From assembly GCA_965205865.1 (NCBI GenBank), contig CBDBHR010000030.1:992001-1056000 (forward strand): a stretch of 64,000 nucleotides of DNA, given 5' to 3'. Shown here piece by piece: positions 1-10,477 of the stretch (position 1 is the stretch's first letter; each line of letters starts with the position of its first letter). The translations under genes were made by a program, and so were the position numbers. The notes under the pieces are model-generated. The model had not been told where the DNA came from. It saw only the letters and a program-made list of their open reading frames with translations, and made no database searches. Origin of the DNA: a bacterium (lineage in GTDB: Bacteria; SAR324; NAC60-12).

Positions 1-2
1 CT

Positions 3-923
3 CAAGCCGGCGGAGGCAGTGATCTGAATTCCCTCGACGTGGTAAGGAGCCTCCAGCGGACCAACCCCGAAATCGAGATATGGCCATATTACCAGCGGGC
101 GTTTACGGTCTATACTCTGAACATTCGCAATCCGCCCTTGGACGACGTCAAGGTGCGCCACGCACTGCAGATGGCACTGGATCTCGAGACAATTAACGAT
201 ACCTACCATGGCGGTTATGCAAGGTGGGAACCTATGGGGGGACTTGCCGTCGAGCCGTATCTCTTCCCATTTGAAGAGTGGCCCGAAGAGCTCAAGCAAT
301 ACTACCGGTATGACCCGCAAGGTGCCGAGAAGCTCCTTGATGAGGCTGGATATCCGCGCGGCGCGGACGGCGTTCGATTCAAGCTCACCCATGACCACCG
401 CGACATCATGGATTTGGGCTATGCGGAAATAGCTGCCGGCTACTGGGCTGAGATTGGCATTGAGGTACAGATTAATGTAGTACCCGGGTTGACTTGGTGG
501 GGTAACAGAGGAGGGTCTGGTGGAGATGAGGGAGACATTAATTATGAGATGAGCACAGGCGACAGTGGCTTTTATAGCTCCCCTACCGTGTGGATAGGCT
601 TTTATACCACGACCTTAACGTCACTACGCGAATACCAGGGCGGAAACAACACGGGCGGAAAGAAGACCCCTGAGTTGACCGCCGCCTATGATGCCTTTAT
701 CGCCGCTACCACCCATGAGGAGCAGATGAGGGCATTCAGAGAGTATGATTTGATCCTCTTAAAGCAGCACAATCAGATATGGGGTCCCATGGCTCCAAGG
801 TATCAGGCGAACCAGCCGTGGGTCAAAGGTTTTAACGGTGAAATGATGCTGGAAGAATCGGGCGTAAATGACGTCCTCGTCCACCTTTGGATTGACCAGG
901 AATTGAAGGACAGGAGCCAGTAA
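3..923 (+). CDS. Family-5 ABC transporter solute-binding protein, C-terminal part (5' end outside the window)
   Basis: Frame is open from the window start; motifs PLDDVKVRHALQMALD, YDPQGAEKLLDEAGY and QPWVKGFNGE are shared with the three other SBPs in the window. Confidence 0.9.
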   Translation, partial: QAGGGSDLNSLDVVRSLQRTNPEIEIWPYYQRAFTVYTLNIRNPPLDDVKVRHALQMALDLETINDTYHGGYARWEPMGGLAVEPYLFPFEEWPEELKQYYRYDPQGAEKLLDEAGYPRGADGVRFKLTHDHRDIMDLGYAEIAAGYWAEIGIEVQINVVPGLTWWGNRGGSGGDEGDINYEMSTGDSGFYSSPTVWIGFYTTTLTSLREYQGGNNTGGKKTPELTAAYDAFIAATTHEEQMRAFREYDLILLKQHNQIWGPMAPRYQANQPWVKGFNGEMMLEESGVNDVLVHLWIDQELKDRSQ

Positions 924-943
924 TAGGCCGACTGGAAGCACTT

Positions 944-971
944 GTGGAGCGGGCAGTACTGCCCGCTCCAC
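944..971. repeat. Perfect 28-bp palindrome (REP-like or intercistronic stem-loop)
   Basis: GTGGAGCGGGCAGT-ACTGCCCGCTCCAC lies between the SBP and the permease. Confidence 0.7.
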
Positions 972-1022
972 TCCAGGATACCCCGCGTTTCCCTGCCAAT
1001 TTTAAAAATGATGAGATCTCCC

Positions 1023-1979
1023 ATGAGTCCCTATCTCACCAGGCGGTTGTTGCTGATCCTCCCCACGCTGTTCATTTTGAGCATCCTGGTCTTTCTCTCG
1101 GTCCGCTTCATCCCAGGCGACGTCATCGACATCATGGCCAGCCGTATGGGGTCTGCCGGCGGCGAAGTTGACCGTGAAGCTCTTGAGCGTATGCTGGGAT
1201 TAGACGTGCCTGTCTACCTGCAGTATGGACGCTGGATCGGCGGCATCCTCCTGCGCGGCACCCTGGGCGAGTCCCTGATGGGGGGTTGGCGGATCGAGGA
1301 GCGGCTCTTCGATCGTTTGCCCGTCACCCTGGAGCTGGGCGTCCTGGCCATCCTCATTGGGCTGGTGATCGCGCTGCCCGTCGGCATTTACTCGGCGATT
1401 CGCCAGGATACGGCCGCCGACTACGCGGGGCGCTCTATTGCCATCATCGGCCTGGCAACGCCCAACTTCTGGCTCGCCCTCATGGTCATGATCTACCCGG
1501 CCATCTGGTGGGGTTGGTCGCCACCGATGGAGCTGATTCCTTTCACCGAAGACCCGCTGGGGAATCTCGGCATGTTCCTCATTCCCAGCCTGATTCTGGG
1601 GACGGCCTCGGCGGCTGCGACCATGCGGATGACGCGCACCATGATGCTGGAGGTGCTCCGGCAGGACTATATCCGCACCGCCTGGTCCAAGGGACTCAAG
1701 GAGCGGGTCGTGATTATCCGACATACCATCAAAAATGCCCTCATCCCGGTGGTGTCCCTGATCGGCCTGCAGTTGCCCCTGCTGGTTGGCGGCGCCGTGA
1801 TCATGGAGAACATCTTTAACCTACCGGGGATCGGTCGCCTCTTGCTTAAGGCACTCGAAGTCAGAGACTACCCGGTGGTCTCCGGAGTCAACCTGTTTTT
1901 CGCCACCGGGGTGGTGCTGTTCAATCTCCTGATCGACTTGATTTATCCCTATTTGGACCCGAGGGTGAGGTATGAGTGA
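1023..1979 (+). CDS. Peptide/nickel ABC transporter permease, OppB/DppB type
   Basis: YLTRRLLLILPTL N-terminus, EAA loop DYIRTAWSKGL, C-terminal LDPRVRY; start moved to ATG 1023 by comparison with the paralogue at 33091-34056. Confidence 0.92.
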   Translation: MSPYLTRRLLLILPTLFILSILVFLSVRFIPGDVIDIMASRMGSAGGEVDREALERMLGLDVPVYLQYGRWIGGILLRGTLGESLMGGWRIEERLFDRLPVTLELGVLAILIGLVIALPVGIYSAIRQDTAADYAGRSIAIIGLATPNFWLALMVMIYPAIWWGWSPPMELIPFTEDPLGNLGMFLIPSLILGTASAAATMRMTRTMMLEVLRQDYIRTAWSKGLKERVVIIRHTIKNALIPVVSLIGLQLPLLVGGAVIMENIFNLPGIGRLLLKALEVRDYPVVSGVNLFFATGVVLFNLLIDLIYPYLDPRVRYE

Positions 1980-2159
1980 GGGGATTAGCTGAAACGATCT
2001 GCCGCCCTGTTAGGTAGGGCCGGTGGTCGGAATGCCGCACCACCGTCATTCCGGCTACGCACCTGCCAAGACGGATCGTGCGTTTCTGGTAAATGTGGGT
2101 TTGAGATTCGTCTGTAAGAAGAAGTCCCGGAGGGACTGTATTATAGAACAATCCGCAAA

Positions 2160-3131
2160 ATGAATAACACCCAAGAAACACCATCCACAGTCAGTGAACC
2201 CAAGCGACGGGGCCGGCTGGCTGCATTCTTTATCAGGCTGTGGCGGGAGAAACCCCTGGGGACTGCCTGCGGGATGATCCTGTTGATCTTGATTCTGGTG
2301 GCGATCTTCGCCGATGCTCTGGCTCCTTATGGCTATATGGAAATACACCTGGTAGACAGGATGCAGGGCTCATCAGCCCGGTATCTGCTGGGGACCGACT
2401 ACGTGGGGCGAGACTTATTGAGCCGCCTGATCCACGGGGCTCGTCTTTCGTTAACGGTCGGTCTGGCAGCGACCACGCTTAATGGGGTGGTCGCTGTCCT
2501 GATCGGTGGCATTTCCGGATTTCTGGGAGGGAAATGGGACCTGGTGGTGCAGCGCTTTGTCGATGCCTGGATGGCTTTTCCGGGACTGCTGCTCTTGTTA
2601 ACGATCATGTCCATCGTGGGACGGGGTGTCTTCCAGATCATCGTGGTCCTGGGGATTGCCGGCGGCATCGTCAGCTCAAGAGTCGTCAGAGGCGCCGTGA
2701 TTGACATCAAAGAGAATGACTATTTTCTGGCAGCCAAAGCTATAGGCACCCCCACAAGCCAAATCCTGGTCCGCCATGTGCTGCCCAATATTATGGCGCC
2801 CCTCCTCATCATCTTCTCCATCAACATCGGGGGGGTGATTATGTCTGAGGCGTCGCTGAGCTTCCTGGGATTCGGTCTGCCCGTCGACTTTCCCAGCTGG
2901 GGAGGGATGCTCAGCCGGGAAGGGCGCAGATACATGGAGGCGGCGCCTTGGTTGGCGCTCTGGCCGGGGATTTGCTTGACGATTGTCGTCTACTCCTTCA
3001 ACATGTTCGGCGATGCCATGCGGGACCTGCTCGATCCCAGGCTCAGGGGCGGAGAGGGCCGTTACGGCACTGCGATGGTGAAACGCAAACGAGGATTCCT
3101 CTCCAGACTGATCAACCCTTTCAAATGGTAA
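2160..3131 (+). CDS. Peptide/nickel ABC transporter permease, OppC/DppC type
   Basis: LLGTDYVGRDLLSRL, RHVLPN, GDAMRDLLDPR. Confidence 0.92.
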   Translation: MNNTQETPSTVSEPKRRGRLAAFFIRLWREKPLGTACGMILLILILVAIFADALAPYGYMEIHLVDRMQGSSARYLLGTDYVGRDLLSRLIHGARLSLTVGLAATTLNGVVAVLIGGISGFLGGKWDLVVQRFVDAWMAFPGLLLLLTIMSIVGRGVFQIIVVLGIAGGIVSSRVVRGAVIDIKENDYFLAAKAIGTPTSQILVRHVLPNIMAPLLIIFSINIGGVIMSEASLSFLGFGLPVDFPSWGGMLSREGRRYMEAAPWLALWPGICLTIVVYSFNMFGDAMRDLLDPRLRGGEGRYGTAMVKRKRGFLSRLINPFKW

Positions 3132-3177
3132 GCGCACCAAAGGAACTCGTCCCTTTTTCCTTCCTGAGAATCGCTGT

Positions 3178-3435
3178 TCATTCTTCCTTACCTGATCGGT
3201 CAACTTTTTCGATTTTCCAGTGTGCTTCAATAGTATCCACAGACAAATCAGCACCACAACTCCATTCAATAAAATAGCCACCATTGGAAATCCGCATGAA
3301 TTCTTTTGGATTTTTCAAATCACGAAACACTTCATATTCCAAGTAGGGGCTAACGTCAAAAGTGCCAACACGACCGTCCTCAGCTACAATATGTAGAATC
3401 AAATTATCTTGTATGTCAACTTCAGCTATTTTCAT
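3178..3435 (-). CDS. DUF2442-family protein (putative antitoxin of a DUF4160/DUF2442 pair)
   Basis: FDVSPYL...GYFIEWSCGADLSVDTI; its ATG overlaps the natural TGA of the DUF4160 gene. Confidence 0.75.
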   Translation of the reverse strand: MKIAEVDIQDNLILHIVAEDGRVGTFDVSPYLEYEVFRDLKNPKEFMRISNGGYFIEWSCGADLSVDTIEAHWKIEKVDRSGKEE

Positions 3436-3704
3436 TGGTCAAGTCCTCTAATCGGGAATGGTTTCTTACCATTTATTGCCAACTCCCAATCGGCAAGCAA
3501 ATCTTATTGGTGAATCTCAATCCATGCGACTACCAACTTGTGCTTTTTGGAAGGAAGTTTCCCAGTCAGCAGAGTCCTATCAGGAATTGAGTAGACGGCC
3601 ACTTGCCCCTGGTAATCGGCATGTATATGTGGTTTATGATGTTTTTCTATATCACGAAAAAACATCCGAACAAGAATTCCATAGAACATCGATATTGTTG
3701 GCAT
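3432..3704 (-). pseudogene. DUF4160-family protein interrupted by an in-frame TAA
   Basis: MPTISMFYGI...HHKPHIHADY...WIEIHQ, TAA at 3504-3506, then in-frame DLLADWELAINGKKPFPIRGLDQ ending in a TGA that overlaps the DUF2442 ATG. Confidence 0.8.
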
Positions 3705-4243
3705 TCTTTTTCCTCTTTATAGGGGGCTAGTAGTATTTCATCCTGATATTATATTCGCTTTACAGAAGCGCACAACAAGTCGTTAACTCGTTTCCGTATA
3801 ATTTGATATTCTGAAAACCGTTTGACAAGCCATAGGGCGATGCAGTCCAATTTTCCAACTGGATAATATCACGGAATGATTAGTTATACAGAAAAATGAA
3901 TCGTGTTCATGATAAAGGTCCCTTCTCAAATGACACGCTTATTTGAAACGGTTTCAGAGCAGCATACTATTCCTCTGGCGGAGCATTCTTCGTATTGAAA
4001 TAGGGGCAAATCGTACTCCCTTTTGATTAAACTTCTTGTAATTCAAGGTTCTCTTTTCGTGAGGAATCAAGATAAGCCAAAATCGTTTGCTCCGCTAATT
4101 CTGTCAGATGAACTGGCTCAAAATAACCGCGCGGATATAAATAATCTACCCCGCCCGAAGGGTCGAGCTTGCTCGACAGCTTGCTGCGGGGATTTTTATT
4201 GAAAATTTTTGGAAAAATCGCTGTGGTCAAGGTCTGTTGAATG

Positions 4244-4426
4244 CTATGTTTCATTCGTTAGCATTTTAATGATGTATTTTACCAAATGATCTTTGATCTC
4301 TCGGTGACGTGGGACTGGTTGAGATACTTTTGTTTGCGGATTTTGATACCAATCATGATTCCCTCCATGCCGTATCAAAACGCAACCCATATTTTCCAGT
4401 TTTTTGAGGAGATCTCTTCGTTTCAT
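4244..4426 (-). CDS. hicA: HicA-family mRNA interferase toxin
   Basis: 60 aa; RHGGNHDWY and VPRHREI motifs. Confidence 0.85.
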   Translation of the reverse strand: MKRRDLLKKLENMGCVLIRHGGNHDWYQNPQTKVSQPVPRHREIKDHLVKYIIKMLTNET

Positions 4427-4614
4427 GCAACGTCCAATTCGGCGATCCTGCGAACACAGGGAATTTGACCGCTAATGAGTTCTTGAAAAATATCTTTTAG
4501 GTTTTCCTGTAATTCTTCTAACGTCTCTCCTTGAGTCATGTAATCCGGAAATTCCTCCAAATAGCCTAACCACATCTCTTCATCTCGCCAATAAACATAC
4601 TTTTTCTTTTCCAT
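4423..4614 (-). CDS. hicB: Short HicB-family antitoxin (no C-terminal DNA-binding domain)
   Basis: FPDYMTQGETLEELQENL; 4-bp overlap with hicA; gene order hicB-hicA. Confidence 0.8.
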   Translation of the reverse strand: MEKKKYVYWRDEEMWLGYLEEFPDYMTQGETLEELQENLKDIFQELISGQIPCVRRIAELDVA

Positions 4615-4908
4615 TGTTTTCCTCCTGAATATCCAGAGTGATATCCTTATGATTTTAGACCAATATTTTTTGAGTTCGCATACTGAGCAGCGCTATATTA
4701 TACCTTTAATATCTCCCGCCAGAAAGTTAATTATTTTCATAGGGAAAAACATTTCGGTGCTCACCCGCTAGTGTATTGCTCGATTAATACATTAGCGACG
4801 GTTGTCTTGCCTACGCCAACTGCCTTGGCCATCGAACGCGTGCTCCAAATTTCGCCCCTACAGAGAAATCTCAGAGGAGTGAGATGCTCTTTGAGAACCC
4901 GCATCTGC

Positions 4909-5364
4909 TTACTTTTCGTCGCTTGTTGGCTTATGCCAATGGCGACGCTGATGTTTATTTGCCTTTTGTTGGGCCCATGTTTGGATGGACTCTCGAATGA
5001 TTTCTCCCAAATCCTGAATCTCAAAAGCTCCTTTACGCCAGAAATCCCGGAAGGCTTTGGGGTCAAAACCTGCATCACAGAGGCCTTGCCAATCAGCAGG
5101 CTGCTCCACTTCGTCCCGATAATAAGCTGCCAATTGGCGGCAGGCGATGGCTGCCACTTTCAACGAGCTGTCCTCGGGTAGTTTCTCAAAAACCGTGGAA
5201 ACAGTTGCATCCAGTTCATTCAATCTTGTCAGAATGCGGTTGTACTGCGCCACGCAATACTCAGCTGCTTCTTCATCTCTTCCCGCCCAGTCAGGCTGCA
5301 AAACCACTCGAGCTGTTTGACGAAGGACGTTCACCAGTTTGGTCAACTCTTGCTCTTTTTCCAT
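4909..5364 (-). CDS. Hypothetical helical protein
   Basis: 151-aa ORF with upstream AGGAAG purine-rich RBS; no family recognised. Confidence 0.6.
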   Translation of the reverse strand: MEKEQELTKLVNVLRQTARVVLQPDWAGRDEEAAEYCVAQYNRILTRLNELDATVSTVFEKLPEDSSLKVAAIACRQLAAYYRDEVEQPADWQGLCDAGFDPKAFRDFWRKGAFEIQDLGEIIRESIQTWAQQKANKHQRRHWHKPTSDEK

Positions 5365-5507
5365 GGATATCTTCCTTTCTAAAATTTTTCAGTTGTTTAC
5401 GGAATAATTGCTTTTCGTGAAAGAGGGAAAAAATCGATTTTGGCTCCCAAGCTATCGTTTGACCGGTCGGGTGGGAAGCCTGCTTTTAACTTTATCGGAG
5501 TACGAAT

Positions 5508-6629
5508 CTATTGCGGTTGGGGGCTTTGCGCTAAGCGGACTTTCACGGTTCTTTCCTGTTTTTCACGAATGAATCGGATTTCAACCTGCTCATCAAGCTG
5601 ATACGATTCGATGGTATCGGCCAAATCTTCAAGAGTCTGCACCGGTTTGTTGTCAATGGCAACAATAATGTCTCCACCCCAGGGAATCACATAATTTCTG
5701 ATACGAACCCGACGGGTCGCACCTCTCAAACCGGCATGCTGCGCAGGAGAATTGGGGATTGTATTAACGATCAACATCCCTTTCTCAATATTCACTCCCA
5801 AGGAAAGCAGACGGCGGGTTTCCAGGGTTTCCACTCCCAACCAGGTTCGCCGCACATATCCATGAGCAATCAAATCGGGTACTACCTTTTTGATCGTATT
5901 GCTGGGAACCGCGAAGCCAATGCCGACACTGCCCGTTGATCCGATAATAGCAGTATTGATTCCAATCACTTTACCCGCCGAGTTCAATAATGGACCTCCT
6001 GAATTTCCGGGATTGATAGCCGCATCGGATTGAATCACCCGGTCGATTTTCCTGCCGTTGCGGGCTTGTATTGTTCTGCCCAATGCACTGATAATTCCAG
6101 TGGTCAAAGTCTGAGTAAGGCCAAAAGGATTGCCCAGAGCAAGGACTTTCTGTCCCACAAGCAGTTGGGAAGAATCCCCCAATTCCAAAATGGATAAATC
6201 GTTTGGGGGGTTGTTGATTTTAATCACCGCTAAGTCATTATTTGGGTCCACTCCTACCATTTCTGCCTCCAATTGGGTGTTGTCTGCAAGAGTGACGGTC
6301 AATTCCTGGGCATTTTCGATAACATGGTAATTGGTCAAGATGAAGCCGCGCGGGTCGATAATAAAACCGGAACCTGCGCCGGAAGCAGGTTGGGTTCCGT
6401 AGAAAAAATCATATTGGACTATAATGCTGGTGATGTTGACGACGGCGGAGCCTTTTGATTTGTAAATATCGATGTTCTGCTGCTCGTCTGATTTATAGAT
6501 AACGATCTTTTGCGGCTCCGTTTCCTTGACTTCGTTGGCGCCGTAGGGAAAAATCCGGAGCAACGCCAAGACGATCAAACCCAGCAACATGCTCCAGAAA
6601 GCATAACGTGTAAATTCGTTCAATCGCAT
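5508..6629 (-). CDS. HtrA/DegQ-type trypsin-like serine protease with one PDZ domain
   Basis: N-terminal TM segment; TNYHV, NDLAVIK and INPGNSGGPL catalytic triad; C-terminal PDZ (GDIIVAIDNK). Confidence 0.93.
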   Translation of the reverse strand: MRLNEFTRYAFWSMLLGLIVLALLRIFPYGANEVKETEPQKIVIYKSDEQQNIDIYKSKGSAVVNITSIIVQYDFFYGTQPASGAGSGFIIDPRGFILTNYHVIENAQELTVTLADNTQLEAEMVGVDPNNDLAVIKINNPPNDLSILELGDSSQLLVGQKVLALGNPFGLTQTLTTGIISALGRTIQARNGRKIDRVIQSDAAINPGNSGGPLLNSAGKVIGINTAIIGSTGSVGIGFAVPSNTIKKVVPDLIAHGYVRRTWLGVETLETRRLLSLGVNIEKGMLIVNTIPNSPAQHAGLRGATRRVRIRNYVIPWGGDIIVAIDNKPVQTLEDLADTIESYQLDEQVEIRFIREKQERTVKVRLAQSPQPQ

Positions 6630-6779
6630 ACCAAGACTTTCTCCAATGAATGAATTTTCTTGAAATAAAAAATTGTCATTTTATTTTTCCAATGGTTCTG
6701 ACATTTTTTTAATTCTTAATAAATTGAAAATAAATCATTTCAAATACTTAGAAAAAGTATCTGAATTATTTACAACTCT

Positions 6780-6963
6780 GAGTCAGTTTCTCAGTTTGAA
6801 ATAATTCAAGCAATCCCGATGACTGTGTCATGCCTGACTTGATCAGGCATCCAGAAGTTCATCAGCAAATACTCTGGATTCCTGGTCAAGCCAGGAATGA
6901 CATTAGAAACACTGAGAAAGCCTCTATTAGTTTTTTCCGTTTCTAAAACTGTAGGGAGTATTG
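6780..6963. repeat. Solo copy of the ~182-bp palindromic element that is arrayed at 30147-30898
   Basis: Near-identical to the array unit, GAGTCAGTTTCTCAG...GTAGGGAGTATTG. Confidence 0.9.
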
Positions 6964-7419
6964 TTTATCAATAATTTCAGTGTATTAAATTTTTCCAACA
7001 AATGATTTGTTTTTAGCTATAGTATATGAGATAAGAATAATCTTATAGTGGCATGTGATTTTCTTTTTTTGCCATTCCTGGCTTGACCGGGAACCCGGGG
7101 GTAAACCATGCTATGCGCTACCCGGCCCGGATCTGGTCCGAGATGATAAGTCATTGAATTATTGATCATTCAAAAAAGACAGAGAAAATCACGCCCAAGT
7201 ACATATTCAAGCTAACCGACTGATAGAAACTCAAAAATGATCTTTCCTCCCCGCATAATGAAATCATGCTATCGGTTCAATGGCATTGCAAACAAGTGGA
7301 ATGCGTGTTCAGCGGGGGGCTGAGCACGTGATTCATGAAAACTTCCAGTTCACTCTTCCAGACATTCGTTTCTCATTTTCAAATATTGAAAACAAACAAC
7401 ACCTCTGAAGGAGAGCAAG

Positions 7420-8430
7420 ATGGCTAAGGGGTCAGGATATCCTCCATTTTACCGGTCATTGAAGAACGAGAATTTGTATCCTGAGGCAACCAGGAAAATC
7501 AAATTTTCAGAAACCCGCACCTCTTATTTTTTTATCACGGGGAGCACTTATTACAAGATCAAAAAAAATGATCACGATTACTCCAGCCCTGCTGTTACTG
7601 AAGCATTTTTGAATGAGGAACTGAAGCTGGGTCGAATATATGCGGGTAATGTCTATCAGGAAGTCGTTCCCGTGGTTGAGCAAGACGGGGATTATTTTTT
7701 TAGAGCGGCAGGTAAAGTCGCGACTTATGCATTGAAAATGGAGCAACTGAGTGAACGATATTTCCTCTCCTCTTTGCTTGAGCGAGATAAAACGTCTTCC
7801 GGCGACGTCGTATGCATTGCCGAGCAACTGGCGCTTGTTCATAGTGAGCATCCCGTGGAGGGACGAGGGGAAGCAGGACGCCCGGAAAATTTATATGATT
7901 TATGTGAGGATATGCTCTATCAAAGCCAAAAATACCTCAATACAACCGTCACGCAACCCATGTTGGACATCATCAGGAGACCCCTGGAAAAATTTGTAGA
8001 AGAACAACGAAAATTGTTTTCACGCCGTTTGAAGAAAAAAAGGATAGTGCAAGGCCATGGTGCCGTCCTGCCCGAACATATTCACATTAAAGACACAGAA
8101 GTATATTTCATCAGCCCTCGAGAATTGCATCGTAAGTTTTGTCTTTTGGATGCGGCCAATGATGTCGCGTATTTGGCAGTGGAGTTTGCCAGGCTCCAGC
8201 AGGTGGAATGGATGGATCTATTCATAAAACGCTACGTTGCAGCCGCAAAAGATCGGGAATTGCCGACAATCTTACCCACCTATCAAACTTTCGTGGCCCT
8301 CAAACAGGGGGTCACTCATTCAGAATGGATGACCGAAACTGAAGGGAAAAAACAAGCTGAACAAGCGCGGATAGCATCCGATTACTTCAATCTGGCAGTG
8401 CGGTTTTCTCGTGAAATTCCCAAATTGTAA
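7420..8430 (+). CDS. Aminoglycoside-phosphotransferase/kinase-like protein (COG2187 type), catalytic motifs degenerate
   Basis: ETRTS...YYKIKK, EELKLGR, HGAVLPEHI where HGDLHxxNI is expected, DAANDVAYL. Confidence 0.65.
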   Translation: MAKGSGYPPFYRSLKNENLYPEATRKIKFSETRTSYFFITGSTYYKIKKNDHDYSSPAVTEAFLNEELKLGRIYAGNVYQEVVPVVEQDGDYFFRAAGKVATYALKMEQLSERYFLSSLLERDKTSSGDVVCIAEQLALVHSEHPVEGRGEAGRPENLYDLCEDMLYQSQKYLNTTVTQPMLDIIRRPLEKFVEEQRKLFSRRLKKKRIVQGHGAVLPEHIHIKDTEVYFISPRELHRKFCLLDAANDVAYLAVEFARLQQVEWMDLFIKRYVAAAKDRELPTILPTYQTFVALKQGVTHSEWMTETEGKKQAEQARIASDYFNLAVRFSREIPKL

Positions 8431-8519
8431 TGATTCTGAAACCCTCAATAACTTCTCCCTGACATTTCCCAACTCCTGAAAACAATGACGATTGGCCTTT
8501 GAATGGAACACATGCGAGA

Positions 8520-9203
8520 ATGAGCTCATTGAAAATCACATTAAAAGCGGCAGCAACCCTGGATGGAAAAATCGCCACAAAAACCGGACGGTCCAAATGG
8601 ATCACCGGAGAGGAAGCAAGAAAGGTGTCACACATGCTGCGAAGCGAGCATGACGCCATCGTGGTGGGAATCAATACCGTGCTCGCCGATAATCCTCAAC
8701 TGACAACTCGTGACGTCCCTGGCGGGCAATCTCCAATGAGGATCATCCTGGATTCACAATGCCGGATTCCTCTTGATAGCGCCTGCCTGGTGGACGATGG
8801 TGTCCTTTGTCTGGTTGTGGTGGGCTCCAAGAGTTCGCAATCCAAAAGAAAAGGATTGCAAAAACAGAGTGCCGCCCGAAAACACATCCGTCTCCTGCTA
8901 GCCCCAACCCCGCAGCCACAAATCAAATGGTTGCTTCCGCAACTTGCGCAGTATAAAATAACTCGTCTTTTGGTTGAGGGAGGAAGCCGGGTACACGCTG
9001 GTTTCATTCGGGAAAATTGCGCAGATCATCTGGTCCTCTTTCTTTCCGGTAAGCTGATAGGAGGAAATGAAGCGCTTTCCTGGTGTGGTGATATGAACGG
9101 CATGGAACTGGAGAAAGCACCCCGGTTAAAAATTCAATCCATACGCATGGTTGGAAAGGATTTAATGATTCATGCCGATTTTATGAGGGAATTATATGAG
9201 TAA
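8520..9203 (+). CDS. ribD: RibD C-terminal pyrimidine reductase domain only
   Basis: AATLDGKIA...[27 protein letters not shown]; no N-terminal HAE/PCxxC deaminase domain; overlaps ribBA. Confidence 0.85.
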   Translation: MSSLKITLKAAATLDGKIATKTGRSKWITGEEARKVSHMLRSEHDAIVVGINTVLADNPQLTTRDVPGGQSPMRIILDSQCRIPLDSACLVDDGVLCLVVVGSKSSQSKRKGLQKQSAARKHIRLLLAPTPQPQIKWLLPQLAQYKITRLLVEGGSRVHAGFIRENCADHLVLFLSGKLIGGNEALSWCGDMNGMELEKAPRLKIQSIRMVGKDLMIHADFMRELYE

Positions 9204-10422
9204 AGAGGAGAATCTCCCCCTGCGCTTTGATACTATTGAAGAAGCAATCGCCGACGTCCACAAAGGGAAATTGTTCATATTAATGGATGATCCGGATAGG
9301 GAAAATGAAGGCGACTTGGTTTGCGCCGCCGAGAAAGTGACAGCTGAGATTATCAATTTCATGGCCAAATATGGGCGCGGTCTGATTTGCCTGGCTCTGG
9401 ATTCAGCAAGGGTCAATCAGTTGAAACTGCCACTGATGGTTCAGCACAATGAAGCGGAATTTGGTACCAATTTCACCGTCAGTATTGAAGCGGCATCGGG
9501 AGTGACGACCGGTATTTCAGCGGCAGACCGCGCTCGCACGATTCAAGTGGCAATGGCTCCCAATGCAGTTGCGCAAGACTTGCACCGTCCAGGGCATATT
9601 TTCCCTTTACTCGCGCAAGATGGTGGTGTGTTGAAACGTGCGGGCCAAACAGAAGGTTCTGTTGATATCACCCGGATGGCGGGATTGTCTCCAGGTGGGG
9701 TGGTTTGTGAAATTCTCAATGAAGATGGCACCATGGCCCGCTATCCTCAATTGAGGAAGTTTGCGGACAAACACGATTTTAAACTGATCACCATTGCAGA
9801 TTTGATTCGCTACCGCAAAAGAACCGAGGTTCTTGTCAAACGACAAGCAGAGGCAAATTTACCGACTGTTTTTGGCGAATTCAGAATTGTTGCCTTCCAA
9901 AACATCCTGGACGATAGCGATTATGTGGCCTTGGTGAAAGGCCATTGGCAGGAAAATGAACCTGTTTTGGTCCGGGTACACTCCCAGTGCTTGACCGGCG
10001 ATGTTTTCGGTTCCTTTCGCTGTGATTGCGGAATGCAGCTGTATGCAGCCATGAAGAAAGTGGGTCAGGAAGGAAAAGGCATCGTCCTTTATTTGCCCCA
10101 AGAAGGACGGGGAATTGGATTGATTAATAAAATCAGAGCATATGGCCTGCAAGAGCAAGGAAACGACACCGTGGAGGCCAATCATAAACTCGGCTTCAGT
10201 GAGGACCTGAGAGATTATGGAATCGGGGCTCAGATCTTATCCATTCTGGGTGTGAGAAAAATGCGGCTGATGACCAATAATCCCAAAAAAATCGTAGGCG
10301 TGCAAGGCCATGATCTGGAAGTCGTAGAGCGGGTGCCCCTGGAAATCAAGGCCCATCCTCAAAATGAAGACTATCTTTTGACGAAGAAATTGAAAATGGG
10401 GCACATGCTGAAAAGAATTTAG
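9196..10422 (+). CDS. ribBA: Bifunctional DHBP synthase / GTP cyclohydrolase II
   Basis: [51 protein letters not shown]. Confidence 0.97.
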   Translation: MSKEENLPLRFDTIEEAIADVHKGKLFILMDDPDRENEGDLVCAAEKVTAEIINFMAKYGRGLICLALDSARVNQLKLPLMVQHNEAEFGTNFTVSIEAASGVTTGISAADRARTIQVAMAPNAVAQDLHRPGHIFPLLAQDGGVLKRAGQTEGSVDITRMAGLSPGGVVCEILNEDGTMARYPQLRKFADKHDFKLITIADLIRYRKRTEVLVKRQAEANLPTVFGEFRIVAFQNILDDSDYVALVKGHWQENEPVLVRVHSQCLTGDVFGSFRCDCGMQLYAAMKKVGQEGKGIVLYLPQEGRGIGLINKIRAYGLQEQGNDTVEANHKLGFSEDLRDYGIGAQILSILGVRKMRLMTNNPKKIVGVQGHDLEVVERVPLEIKAHPQNEDYLLTKKLKMGHMLKRI

Positions 10423-10477
10423 GAAATGCAAACGGCAATGGAACCCACATTCCTTATGCGGTGATTCCCGGACAATC

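Noticed and set aside
7150-8519. FMN riboswitch upstream of the rib genes
   Set aside because: No RFN consensus (AGGGTGAAATTCCCGACCG-like) seen in either intergenic region
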